A stretch of 64,000 bases of DNA, from positions 42,408,001-42,472,000 of the forward strand of contig NC_045138.2 of the NCBI RefSeq assembly GCF_008831285.2, read 5' to 3'. Position 1 is the stretch's first letter, and every line of letters starts with the position of its first letter. Shown in pieces: positions 1-12,500 of the stretch. The translations under genes were made by a program, and so were the position numbers. The notes beneath the pieces are model-generated. The model was given only the letters and a program-made list of their open reading frames with translations. It had not been told where the DNA came from and did no database searches. This DNA comes from Nymphaea colorata. Its lineage: Eukaryota.

Positions 1-10
1 ATGTGACCAG

Positions 11-210
11 ATGGGTTCTTTTGGAAGTTCTCGACAAAGTATCTCCAGGAATAGTTAAATGGAAACAAGCATCAAAACCTCCAATTAAGATGCCATTCAG
101 AAAGGTGGAAAACTGCAACCAAGTTGTAGGAATTGGGAAGGAATTGAAGTTCTCTCTAGTGAACGTTGCTGGAAATGACATTGTGCAGGGAAACAAGAAA
201 TTAATATTAG
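11..210 (+). CDS. FIM: Fimbrin, internal coding exon (CH domain of actin-binding domain 2); gene begins upstream of the window
   Basis: Translates as [66 protein letters not shown], a typical plant fimbrin sequence. Acceptor CAG ends at 10; donor GTGAGG at 211. Confidence 0.95.
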
Positions 211-1844
211 GTGAGGCTATCTTTGTGTGTTGCAGTTTTATACAGAAATGGGAAATTTTAAGCTGTAAAAATTCTAGATGTATAGCTTATTAACTTATGC
301 TATTCTGTGAGATGCAGGAATTTTCCTTTCTGTTTCAAGATAGGCTTATTAATTTTTCTTTGCCAACTGCATTTTAACTTCCAGGAATTCCCTTTCCAAG
401 CTAATATCTACTTATTGCTATGAATACTAGCGAAAGGTGCACACACTTTTTCTTTTCGAGAAACATTTATTCCATAGAACCCAAATAAAATTAAGTCAAA
501 TAATAAATATGATCATGCAAATCTAAAAACTAGATAAACAACTAATTACAATCCGGACTACATGCTTTTCAATTGATGATGGCCCTTTCTAAACCAATTC
601 TCATTGTGCTAAAGCACGAGTTGTCCTTGGTCTATCGGGAACATCTATTTCCATAAAACGGTTAAATAATTTTCTATAAACCAGTGGTGGAATGAAAATT
701 TATTGAAATGACTTGTTCCCCAATTAGAGTTAGTGTGTCATGTGCGCAATTAACTTGAAGAGGAAGATGACAGAAATACTACTCCCTGTGGTTAAACTCT
801 TGATGTAACAATATTTTCTGAGAAGGACCAATATATGCATTGGCGTAACAGGACCCTGAAATTTCTGGTGACTTGAACAGAATAAACATGGTTCATTCCT
901 GTTAAGGCAAAATATTTAAGTGTCTCCAACCAATTGTCTGCGTTCAGGGTTCATATTCTTTCCATTCATATTCTCCACCGTCTCCTTCTCCACTCAGGAG
1001 AATACCACCCACAGCTAACCATACCTTTTTAAATCCTAATTTTATAGGTGCAGTTTTTTTTTTTTGTGTAAGAAAATCACATATTCAAATTGTAGGGAAA
1101 ATTTCAAATGCTCACAAAACCTTGAAGCAAAAATTATTTGTCCACAAAATTTTAGTTTGTTCTCAAGCTTTTTTCAGAGTTAATCAAATGTCTCCCACTA
1201 ATGAATTTCTTAAGTTGACTAAGACTTTTGGTTGACTAATTTCACAATATAAAGTTATGGTCCTGCCTTTGTAATAGATAATGAAAATTATAATTTTTTG
1301 CATCCATCTAACTTAAAATTTGAAATGGTATACTGTTCTTACTTCTTAATACTACTGTTTTACCTTCTTACTAATTGGTGAATTTCTCCACCCTTGTAAT
1401 GTAATTGCTAGCATTGCCAATTGTGGTTATTTTTTATCTAACAATAGATTAAGAAACAATCTAATTTCAGCTTTTGGATGTATTATTTGAATGCTCCTTG
1501 AATGTGAGTCAGATTTGAAAAATTAGATTTAACTCAGATTGTATTGGAACTAGATCAGTATTTGGTCTGCCTCATTTTGGATCCAGATTATAACTCATCT
1601 TTATGTGGAAAACACATGTTTTATGAGATTTTTTTATTTGATTAAATATGAAAACCTTTTTTTATGTTTCTATTAGATTCATTAATACAGAGTGATCAGG
1701 ATTCAGTTCCAGCTAGAAGTAATACATGTGCTGGATTCAGATTTGAATCTAATTACACACTAAGGTTTAGCTTTAGATATGCTGAAATCCAGACTGAACT
1801 CATTCCAATTGCTCCTAAGATATATTTATCTGGATGCAGAAGGA

Positions 1845-1880
1845 GGGAGGGGAGAGAGAGAGAGAGAGGAAGAGAAAGGG
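1845..1880. repeat. GA-rich/(GA)n microsatellite in fimbrin intron
   Basis: ggagggagggggagagagagagagagaggaagagaaaggg. Confidence 0.85.
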
Positions 1881-2076
1881 TCTGACTGAGGAGTTTGTAG
1901 ATATGCCAACTAAGAAAATTGTAAAAGAAAAAAGTCTTTCAAAATTCGGTTGAGGCAAACCAGAACTTTGTGGGATTGTTGACATCTCCCAAAGTTTGGT
2001 TGATGAGTTTAAACCCCTGCAAATGGAAGCGAACACAGATGAAAAGAAACTTTGAAAAAGTTGGGTTCTGAGACAT

Positions 2077-2077
2077 G

Positions 2078-2114
<37 letters not shown>
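2077..2114. repeat. (AT)n(GT)n compound microsatellite
   Basis: Direct reading of the sequence. Confidence 0.9.
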
Positions 2115-2115
<1 letters not shown>

Positions 2116-2643
2116 TTATGTGTTTGACTGCATATATTTATATACAATTTAAACATTTCAGATAGCCAAGCAAAAACGGTTGCCATGAGAGTAAAGTTAT
2201 TAAGCTATGGTCTTTGATAGCTGGCAATTGCATTTGATGAGTTGTAACAGCATCAGCACCTGGTGTGGAGTGTCATGGGTGTCGAAACCTCCTTAAAGAG
2301 TCTGTATTACATTGGTGAAAATTTCCCTAACTTCTAATATAATCATTTAGGCTCAGAGAAATTTTAAATACCCGGACAGTAGTTGTTTTTCTTAATGGAA
2401 TTCAGGGATCTTGATAGAGTTGTATTCTTGGGATTGAGACTTGTAGGGACTGAGACTGGTTGTTATTGTGTGTCTCCAATGCTTGACTTGCTTCTCTCTG
2501 GGGCTACAAGAAACTAAACCATGGGGATACCTCTATATATTACTCCTCCAAAATTTTAATCCGGTGTTTCTTAATAGAAGGAACTGCATATCCTTTTTAT
2601 CAAATTTTCTTCTATGAGACAATGTAACATGGTCTTGTTTCAG

Positions 2644-2801
2644 CTTTCCTATGGCAGTTGATGAGGTATAATATTCTTCAGCTTCTGAAGAACTTGAGAT
2701 CTCATTCCCAAGGAAAGGAGGTGACTGATGCTGATATCTTAAATTGGGCAAATAGCAAAGTCAAGAATGCAGGGCGGACCTCTGAAATGGAAAGTTTCAA
2801 G
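2644..2801 (+). CDS. FIM: Fimbrin coding exon
   Basis: TTTCAG acceptor, then (A)[52 protein letters not shown], then GT at 2802. Phase matches the previous exon. Not in the ORF track. Confidence 0.95.
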
Positions 2802-2887
2802 GTGACAAATCATGGGCAAATTGTATAGGTGTTGCAGAATATCGATGATATTCTAATGAATTTCAAACGTTTATAAACTTTTCTCAG

Positions 2888-2984
2888 GACAAAAATCTTT
2901 CAAATGGAATATTTTTCCTTGAACTTCTCAGTGCAGTAGAGCCAAGGGTTGTCAACTGGAACCTTGTCACTAAAGGCGAAACTG
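2888..2984 (+). CDS. FIM: Fimbrin coding exon (CH4)
   Basis: TTCTCAG acceptor, [32 protein letters not shown], donor GTACAC at 2985. Confidence 0.95.
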
Positions 2985-3189
2985 GTACACTTTTTGACTC
3001 GTGCTGAAATAGTTGTTCTTTTCAATTATGTTCTGGAACTGTAAACCTATTATATGTTATTTTGGTCTTCATGTTGCTTATGAAGTTTTCACTTACATAA
3101 TGACCGAAAGATTCACCTGGCTGCATCTTCTTGGTGTTTCATACAATGCAAACTTTTTGTGATTTGTCATGAATACAATGGTGATGCAG

Positions 3190-3281
3190 ATGAGGAGAAA
3201 AGATTGAATGCAACATACATCATCAGTGTGGCACGAAAGCTTGGATGTTCCATTTTCTTGTTGCCTGAGGACATCATGGAG
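3190..3281 (+). CDS. FIM: Fimbrin coding exon (CH4)
   Basis: TGCAG acceptor, (D)[30 protein letters not shown], donor GTATTG at 3282. Confidence 0.95.
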
Positions 3282-4559
3282 GTATTGCTATCTAATATAT
3301 CTTGAGATATACAGCAACATTAACGTGCACATATGTCTTTCTTTACATATTTTATTAAGATCTAAACAGAAAGTAGGTGGAGTTTTTTTAATTTGTTATA
3401 TTTATTTTAAGGCTGAAACCAGGTATGGGAACTTTCTTTTGGGGGTCTAAAACCAGGTTTTAGAGTGAAAAGGTGGTCTAGATCGAATGTGTAGGGTTGG
3501 TGGGAGGTGGTGACACTCAACGACCAATCCTAAAAGACCACTCTTTTGACTAAGGATGCCTAACCGCTGCACCGATCATTTAAAGAGGGGGGGGGGGTAG
3601 TTTATCTGGGGTGGAGGCCTCCTAAAGAGTAACAGAGGTGTGCGAATTCTTGAAAGCACTCTCTCTCCCGGGTGAGCTCGATGGGCATGGTAGCCAAGAT
3701 AGATAACCTGGTTTTCATAAACTTGACTTTCAATGGCAGGTTATTCATCATCCAAACTCTGGTATATGCATAAATTTGATATATCAAGTATATGCATTAC
3801 ATTAAGATACATGTGCATCATAATGTGTAGAATGTACACAGTAAATTTACAATTACCAAATTCATTAGAAAGTAAACGTGTAGAAATAAATATCTGTATT
3901 TGATACACGCTATACTTATATTGTTCATTAGTGAACTGAGGTGAGCAGCCTTCTTCATACTGGGCTTGGTAATATGTGAACTGAGGTTTGTTCGTAAAGC
4001 CTATGTGACAACAAACAAGCATTGTCATGAGCCAGCCTTCACTCAGCTTATTTTCCTGCCTTACTGGCCCAGAAATGGGCCGAAGTGTTCTATTATTTTT
4101 TTTTCCTTCAGCCGTTTCCTTGCTGGTCAAGTGGTCAATGTATATTTATATATGTAATTAGCTTTTAAACAGCTTAGAACTTAGTTGTCCTAAGTAATTC
4201 CAGAAAACATTATTTTGAAGTTCAAAATAAGTAAAAGGTTGATTATTTTAAAAAAATCCTTCATTTTTTTATATTTTTGTTTTATTGAGTTTTAGTGCAA
4301 TAATAAACTACAGATTTGTATTTTGGCTTATTAGAACAGCAATTGTCTTCTTGTTTTCACGTAAACAAACCTGCTATCTAAACCTTTTTCTGTTGATCGT
4401 CTTTTTTTGCCTTTCTTCAGCATAAGTCATTCGATTTCTGAAATGCAGGACAGATGTGAGAGTCTGAGAGAGAATTATCCTTGTGGAACTTTTTTAACAC
4501 AGATGCAAGAGAAAGAATGATCTTTCTGTAAGCAGCTCTTTTTTTCAATGACCTTGCAG

Positions 4560-4892
4560 GTGAATCAAAAGATGATTCTGACACTGACTGCAAGCATCAT
4601 GTACTGGAGCCTGAAACAACCAGCTGAAGAAGCACCTACAGCCACTTCAAATAGTGAAAATGAGAGTTTTCCCGATGGCAATGATAACTTGAGCATTGAA
4701 GGCGTGGTTCCAGAAGCATCATCTTCTTGCCCAGATGAAAATACAGACGTGGTGCCACCTCAACTTGTTGAAGCCTCTTTATTGAACACAGGAACGTCTT
4801 TGCCAGTTACTGAAAAGGAGGAGTGCATAGGCAATGAGGCTCCACCACAGCAAGAACAAGATGGAGAAGGTGAGCTAAACAAAGAAATGTAG
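4560..4892 (+). CDS. FIM: Fimbrin last coding exon with acidic C-terminal tail
   Basis: TTGCAG acceptor, VNQKMILTLTASIMYWSL (conserved end of the fimbrin core), then an acidic tail and TAG at 4890-4892. Confidence 0.93.
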   Translation: MNQKMILTLTASIMYWSLKQPAEEAPTATSNSENESFPDGNDNLSIEGVVPEASSSCPDENTDVVPPQLVEASLLNTGTSLPVTEKEECIGNEAPPQQEQDGEGELNKEM

Positions 4893-7680
4893 AATTTCTT
4901 TTTGATCTTTTTCTCTCTATTATTTTGTTCTTTGTATACAAGTACATCTTAACATTCAGACTGTAAGCAGCTGAAAGTTAAATATTGCACTAAGAGCTAC
5001 TCAAAGAAGTGTAGCATAAGTGAAGCCCCTAGTGGTACTTGTAATATATCCATCTCCACCACATCATTCTGCTTAGATAAACTCGTTGGAATCCCATTCA
5101 GAGGAGCGCCTCTTGCACCGAATTATACTTGGGATGCAAATTGCCTGAATTTTACTTAACATTTGAGCCAGTCGTGTACGTTTGGAAGTAAATATGAGTC
5201 TAATTCATTTGGTTTCAGTGTCAGATTTGGAGTAGATAAAATTTGAATTCAAATGTTACTATGAATTAACTGCAAGTCTTGGTAGATATTAACACACATT
5301 CCGTTTCTTCATTGTGAAAAATAAAAATAAAGTGCCTCAAGAAGAATTTGGTACAGGACGAAAATGTAGATTTGAAAAGCCGTGACTTAGATAAATTAGA
5401 CTTTGACTTCTACCAATGTTGAGAAGCTGACTAGTTAGCATCCTTCTCCTTATCAAATGTTCAAAAACCTCTGGATAAAGAAAAAAAAATTGTCCAGGTT
5501 TTGATTAGAGTGTAGTTTCCTGCGTCTATGCAGTTGAATAGGCTGGAAAAAGATGCATTATAGTATTCATTAATCTATTTTATGAACATGAAAATCTTTT
5601 TTCTAAGACCAATCAACCATTTTTTTTAACTAAAAGCACTTTAAGCTAAATTTGTTATTCTGTTGGTATGTTGATTTGAAATCAATTCTAAAAAGGAGGA
5701 GAGGACTAGTTATACAATGCTAAAAATACATGAACTTAAATACAAGAAACTGCTATTTCATTTCTCTCCATCACTCATACGACAAATACAAGACAATTTA
5801 TATGCTACCTACTCCTTCTACCTAGGAGTTACACAATTCATTTATGCTAATTTAAACATGAAAACTCTATATTCTAACAACTACGTATAATTTCAGAAGT
5901 TAAATTAATTCACCATAAATCAAGAATTCCTCACTAACTCGCGTCATAATTCATATTAACTGCACATTTGAAACATGGAGCATTACAACTTCCACCTCTC
6001 TTTCTAATGTTTGGTAGAATAAAATTGAAGCAAAATGAAATGTTTTTTGCACTTTGTTTTGTAAAGAAAATAAAAAATGAAAATGTGCAAAGAGGCTAAT
6101 AAAAATCTAAAATTAAATGGTCCGATTTCGTCTATATTTGAGGTCCTGAAACCTAACTGAATTACTGTATTCAGTATAAAACATAGTCACATCAGATTAG
6201 TTTTAGAATTACTTTTTAGATTATGTGAACTGGAAGTTTTTAGCGAGGAAGAAAAGGGACTCTTGGATTAAATTCCCACCTGATAACAAACCATTTGCAT
6301 GTCATGCAACGAAAACAAAAAGGTAAACTCTACTGTTTGTTAAACAGAAGAAGCACTCGTCCACGATCTACGGCTTGACTTGTGACTACGTCTAAGCTAG
6401 GGAAAGTAACATAATCAGGCTGGCTTCATGCATAGTTTGGCAACCAGAATTGCGGACCGTTGTGCTAGATAGATCTACATTAGTTCCATCGATGTAGTCC
6501 CAACTGAATTTGTAGCTAGACTTGAGGGAAGCTTGGGTTGACCGCACCATTCAAATATAAGTTGTGGTGTACCTAATGATTATGTACCCTAGCGTTCTGA
6601 AAGTCAGATATGGCACAACAAAAAAGGCAAAAAGCGATCGTTCGATCGGTTCATGACCTGAGATAAGGTAGGCCCTTTGATCAGCAAAATTGTTAAAAAT
6701 TTTAAAAGTACAGATGGAATTCTGCTTTCCTCTTTAGGTTGTTTTTGCAGGAGGGTTGGCATGTCAAAGGAAGATGCCCATCAGCTGGAAACCTAGAAGG
6801 TACACAACAGGAACAGCTAAAATATACATATCGGAAGCTCAGGTTAGAATTGAATCTAGTACATCGAAAATGACAGAACCATCATCCCAAATTCGGATGT
6901 TTTAGATCCCTATAGTTCTGCCCACTTGATTCTACCCCACTTCCTGAATGAAATACCAAACTTGTCCATGATGTTTTACGTGCCCAATTCATGTAAATTT
7001 CCTGTTCCATCTTCACTCCTGTGCAATTATCCAACAAACAGACAATCACAAAACAAGCACTGGACAAAGAAGGTCATGCAAGAAAAAGGAAGTAGATAAA
7101 TGAAAAAATAAATAAATAGCATTAGAGGCTGGTGTCAAGGGTGAAAGGACACATACGTTCCAAGTATTAGGTCTGCTATTTATTTTCATAATCATGTCCA
7201 TTATGGAGGACCTAAAATGTATAGAGCAGCTTGTTTGGATATGGTAGACTTTATGAAAGACAAACATTTGACACAATTAGTAGTAAAACAACTTGAAGAG
7301 TTCAAAACTCATTGATACAACATAACATCTATAAACCAACAAACTAAGCTTAGAGACAATCACGAAGGATAAAGATAAGCACGCTTAGGTTTTTAAGTGG
7401 TTGAGTCCTAGAGACCTATGTCCACCATGAGATAGTTTTTCAAATTTTACTCACACCAGGAAAAAAGATATATGCTTATTTTGAAGCTTTGATAAGTTTT
7501 GAGACAATGGACATGTTTAGAGACATTGAAATTGCACAACGGCGTCCTCGTCCTCTTCTCCATTCTTCATTTGCTGACCGTGTTTTGTTGACACCTTGAC
7601 ATCTTGATAATGCAAACCATGGTAAGAATGACTGAGCTGTGAATACTGCTGGTAGTGAGATTTCCTTCAGCTGTGATGAA

Positions 7681-7840
7681 TCTTCCCCTTAAACTCATCT
7701 TTTAACGTTAAGATTGAGCTTGGCCAAGTCGAGTTTGGGAAGAACTAGACCAACATTTTCTTTCATTAATGGTTTAATGAATATGCTGGCAATCGGTTCT
7801 TTGGTTGAAACATAACAAATATGTTTCCTCCTTGTAAGGA
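7681..7840 (-). mobile_element. Ty1/copia remnant: end of RNase H plus polypurine tract
   Basis: Minus strand reads ICYVSTKEPIASIFIKPL (cf. copia YVSTxDQIADIFTKPL), followed by the purine tract AGTTTAAGGGGAAGA at about 7695-7681. Confidence 0.55.
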
Positions 7841-9599
7841 CATCAAATTTTCCACCATGACCAAATGATAATTTTACCCTTCACCAATGGTACTTTCAAA
7901 ATGGCTTGCAAAGGCAGTTCAAACTGAGTTGCGTTAAACCTAAACCAGGTCCAACCCTATCCCATGTTGGCTAACACCTAAGGTTCAGGAAAACTAGAGC
8001 CTGCTAGGTTGCCGCCACATTATCAAATGACCTTTTTGACCCAAAACATTAAAAATCCTACAATTTTTGAGAATTGCTAAAACCAATTCAATTAGGATAA
8101 TTCTCATTCTGCAAGTCTTCAGGAACCGTTAAGAGTCACCTCTAACCCAAAGCGGCTTACAAAAAATAGAATACTTGCCAATTATAAATCATTAGAACAT
8201 CCTCTGACCTTGCTGAAGTCAAGTTAGGATTTCCTCAATGAAATCTAACTTAAACCTGACTTACTTTGAGCTTTAGAATTCAAATTTCAGTTCTAGGCTG
8301 AGATGTCTTTTCATAGGGTATTCTGTCACCTATTTGGCAAGATCATAACTTAATTTGAGCTCAACCAAAACTACTTAACTCAAACCGAGTCGGAATCATT
8401 TTTTTTCAGCACTGGACATAAGTATTTTTTTTAGCTCATTTTGACCCATTCATCTTCAATTGAGTTAAATTACAATTTACAAATTCACTAAAGGTTGACG
8501 AGTTGAAAACAAGTCACTCAGTGTGAAGCTGCACTTTTGATATCATTTTTTATCAATCTTGACATCAACTTCGTAGTTTCTTCATGTATTCAAGATTATA
8601 ATACTTTTAAGAGAGTATTTTAGAGATCAGTTGGAGTTGCCATGGCCTAAATCATGTTTAGCATAATCTCTTTCATGCTGTCTGCATATAGAACCATTTA
8701 CATGCTGGCCAATTTAGAAAAATGTGATTTTAATGGGGTAAATAACGAAATTTTGAGTTGAAATTAAGGGTGCACCTAAACCTAGTCTTGACTCATGACG
8801 GGATGTGGTCAAACTACCACCTAGGTCATAGAACCCAGTTTTTGCACCAAGGGCAAAATGGTCCATTTTCAAAAAGTGCATTATTTCTTCATACATCTAA
8901 GTTCTATGCTGCATACACCTAAGTATAGGTCATGCATGAACCTAAGGACCTAGAATTGAACCTGCTTTGAACCTGAAAATGACCAGGCTTTAGCCATATA
9001 ATAAAGCCTACATCTATTTGAGTCTAGTCCCAACTCAAAGCCTGACCTGGTCAGTCCACCTTAGACTGGACCCACCATTTTTGCAATACCTAACAATCTC
9101 CCTAAGAGATAACATTTTAAATGTATGTGTGAGATAGAACAAGGTTTTGGCCTTAAGGGATAATTAGGGAACTTTATGCTTCTACCTTCGGAGAACATCT
9201 AGAGAAGAGTATAAATCATACTTATGGTTACTGACATTATCATCTTGATGAAAAAAATGTTATGATGCGAGCAGAATTATAGTCGAGGTGGAAATTCCAA
9301 GATCTAAAGTGGTAGATGTAACTAAATTTTTCATAAATGCTATTTTGGGGATTTATATGTGAAAAAAAAAGAATTTTAAACCAATTATTGAGCAAGAGAG
9401 TTTATTGGGAGTGAGGAGATGCGTTGTGAGCTAATACTTAAGGGTTATTTGAAGAGACCAATTTAATCAAATGGTTTCTAAATAAAAACGTGGAAAATTA
9501 GTGGTGGATCTATATTAGGGTCATTAGCGGTTGTTGATAAGGGGAAGGAAGGAGAAGAAAATCATAAGGTTGAAGAAGATGAAGGTTGGAGAAAAACAA

Positions 9600-12500
9600 A
9601 AAAATTATTGAGAAAGAATAGATTGAACACAAGTCAACTTCACTTCACTTGCTTAGCTACGAATCTGTGAACCCTATTTATAGGGTGGTAATGTTGGTAA
9701 ATAAAGATTCAATGAAGCTTCTACAAGATGGTGGAGAACATTCTATAATGTCGGTGCCTAAAGCTTATTTGAAATTAGGACACTTTTACAAATTTTCACC
9801 TTAGCCAGATAAACTGTTTCTCTAATATTTTTATTTATAGAAAAGACCAACTAAATTGACACAATACTCGAACTCGTTTCGAGGCAGAACCTTTGTCTAC
9901 ATATCGGCTGGATTGTCTCTAGTTCCAATCTTTTGGACTTGAAACTCACACGGAGCAACGAGCTCTCTGACAAAATTATGTTTTACATCAATGTGTTTTG
10001 TTATTTCATGAAACATCTTGCCCTTTAAGAGATGTATGACACTTTGGCTATCGCAAAAGATTGTAGTACGGTCTTGATTCATACCGAATTATGCACTCAA
10101 TCATTTTAGCCAAATAGCTTCCTTTAGTGCTTCAGTTGTTGTCATATACTCTGGTTCTACACTGGAATCGTAGGTTGTAAAGAAGCTTTGTAGCTATGAC
10201 GCAATCCCCAAAAGTAAATAGATAACTCGTGAGAGGCATCCACTTGTCCTGGTCACCTGCAAACTTTGAGTCATAGTAGCTGGCTAATATGTCACTTTTT
10301 CTTCCATATTCTAAGTGGTAGTTTGAAGTACCCCTCAAGTGCCGTAGGACAGGGGCGGAGCCAGGATTTCGTTTAGGGACGGGCCAAGGATTTCGTTTAG
10401 GGACGGGTCAAATAATTCAATCTCAAATTTGGGTAGGGCCAAACTGAACCTAAATAAAAAAATACATTGAACAATTAAAATTTTTTTATTTTTCTAATGT
10501 AATTTTTTTTTCCAGCCTGTTTGGGGCGGGCCACGGCCTAGGCGGGCCCTCCCCTCCCTCTGCCACTGCCGTAGGATCCATTTTACTGCTTGCCAATGCT
10601 CAGACTATGCAAATAACTATACATAACAATAAGAGCATGTTGAATATTTGGTCGAGTGCATACCATACCATATATGATGCTTCCAACAACACTAGCATAA
10701 ACAACATGTGACATGTACTGTTCTTCTTGATTAGTTTGTGGAGAGGCATAGGCAGACAACCTTCTGAACTGAGCATCTAAAGGTAAAGTGACTGGAGAAG
10801 CCTTCAACATTCCGAAGCAATGCAGGACCTTCTTGATAGGCTTATTGGCTATTATAGACCTTTCCTGCTTATCTGTCCGTATGAATTTTCATTCCCCAAT
10901 ATCTTTTTTGCTGCTCCTAAATCTTTCGTCTTGAATGCTTTGCTATGTAGTTGCTTTAGTTTGTCAATTTCATACTTTTCCTTAGCAGCTATAAGCATGT
11001 TATCCACATACAATAGCAAATAGATCAAAAAATTATTAGTTAGTCTCTTAAAGTAAACACAAGAATCATACTTGCTTTGTGGCTAAGCATAAATGAGTCA
11101 AATCTTTGGTACCACTTGTCTTGGAGATTGCTTCAGCCCGTATAGAAATTTCTTCAGTAAGCAAACATGATCTTCTTTCTTTTTCATGACAAAATTTTTA
11201 AAGTATTGCATGTATATTGGCTTGTCTAGGTCTATATGTAGAAAAGCTACCTTAACATCTAGTTGAACTAATTCTAAATCAAGTTTTGCTATTACAACAA
11301 AAAGTAAATGAATAGATGTATGTTTAATGACAGAAGAGAAAACATCATGATAGTCAATACGTTTTATTTGGTTGTAGTTTTTAGCAACTAAACATGCTTT
11401 ATATTTAACTTGTCTATCATCAGTCTCTTTCTTTTTGAAGACCCACATGCAGCCGCCTATTCACTTTCCTTTGGGTCGATGCGCTATAACCCATGTTTTG
11501 TTCTTATGAAGAGATTGTACCTTCATGCATAGTCTATACCCATTTGTTAGAATCTAGACTTGAAAAAGCATTAGCATACTTTGTAGGTTCATTCTCTTCA
11601 CCTATCTCATCTGCAGCCAACAGAGCATAAGCAAGGCCACGTTTAGAATATCTTGTGGTGGCCAAATCATTCTTATGTTTCTTTCTCGAGCAATAGATTA
11701 TGGTTCTTCTTTTGGAGTAGATTCTGCTTGATCATCTTCACACTCATTGCCAATAGAAGGACTTGACTCATCATCTGGTTGAGAAGAATGACTTGGTATC
11801 TAGCTACCAGGTGATTGACCAGTATGCCACTCCATTCGTGTATTGATGCTCTTGATTTTCTCTGGTTCAAATGCAATATCCTTCTCAAGTAATGCATCTC
11901 AGATTCATTAAAAGTCACATTTGTTTCAATGGTAATTCCGAGACTTTTAGAATTAGGGCAACAGAACCTGTATCATTTTGTCCCTGAAGCGCATCTGAGA
12001 GATATGCATTTCTTAGTCTGAGGCTCAAGTTTTCCTTCATTAGAACATACATACACTGAGCATCCTAAAACTCTTAAATGAGAATAGTCAACAAGCTTAC
12101 TAGACCATAATACTTCTATATTTTTAAAATTGAAGGGTGTAGATAGAGAATGGTTTAGCAGATATGTTATTGTAGATACAGCTTCTACCTAAAACTCTAT
12201 ACCCAGGTTGGCATTCAACACTATGCATCAAGAGCTCTCTGAAAGAGTTCGATTCATATGCTTGCATACTCAATTTTGTTGTGGAGTTTTTTCATAGTTC
12301 AATGTCAATCTATTCTCACCTCCTTACAAAAGGCTTCAAATATCAGTTGAGCAAAACTCAAGACCATGATCTGTTCCCAACCATTTCACTCTTTCGCCTG
12401 CTTCGTTTTTTAATAAGTGTCTCTATTGCTGAAATTAAGTCAAAGTTTTTGACTCAAACTCTAGAAAGTAAACTAGACCTTCTTTGAAAAGTCATCTACA

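Noticed and set aside
1450..1820. Possible old MITE with GGATC/GATT-rich repeats in the fimbrin intron
   Set aside because: Only an 8/11 terminal match and no TSD.
6380..6560. Minus-strand WDYIDGT resembling a copia gag N-terminus
   Set aside because: A single short motif with no supporting flanking domains.
6870..7070. Possible kinase-like exon fragment (DLKHPN / KTSEFGM)
   Set aside because: Motifs lie in different frames and overlap; probably chance.
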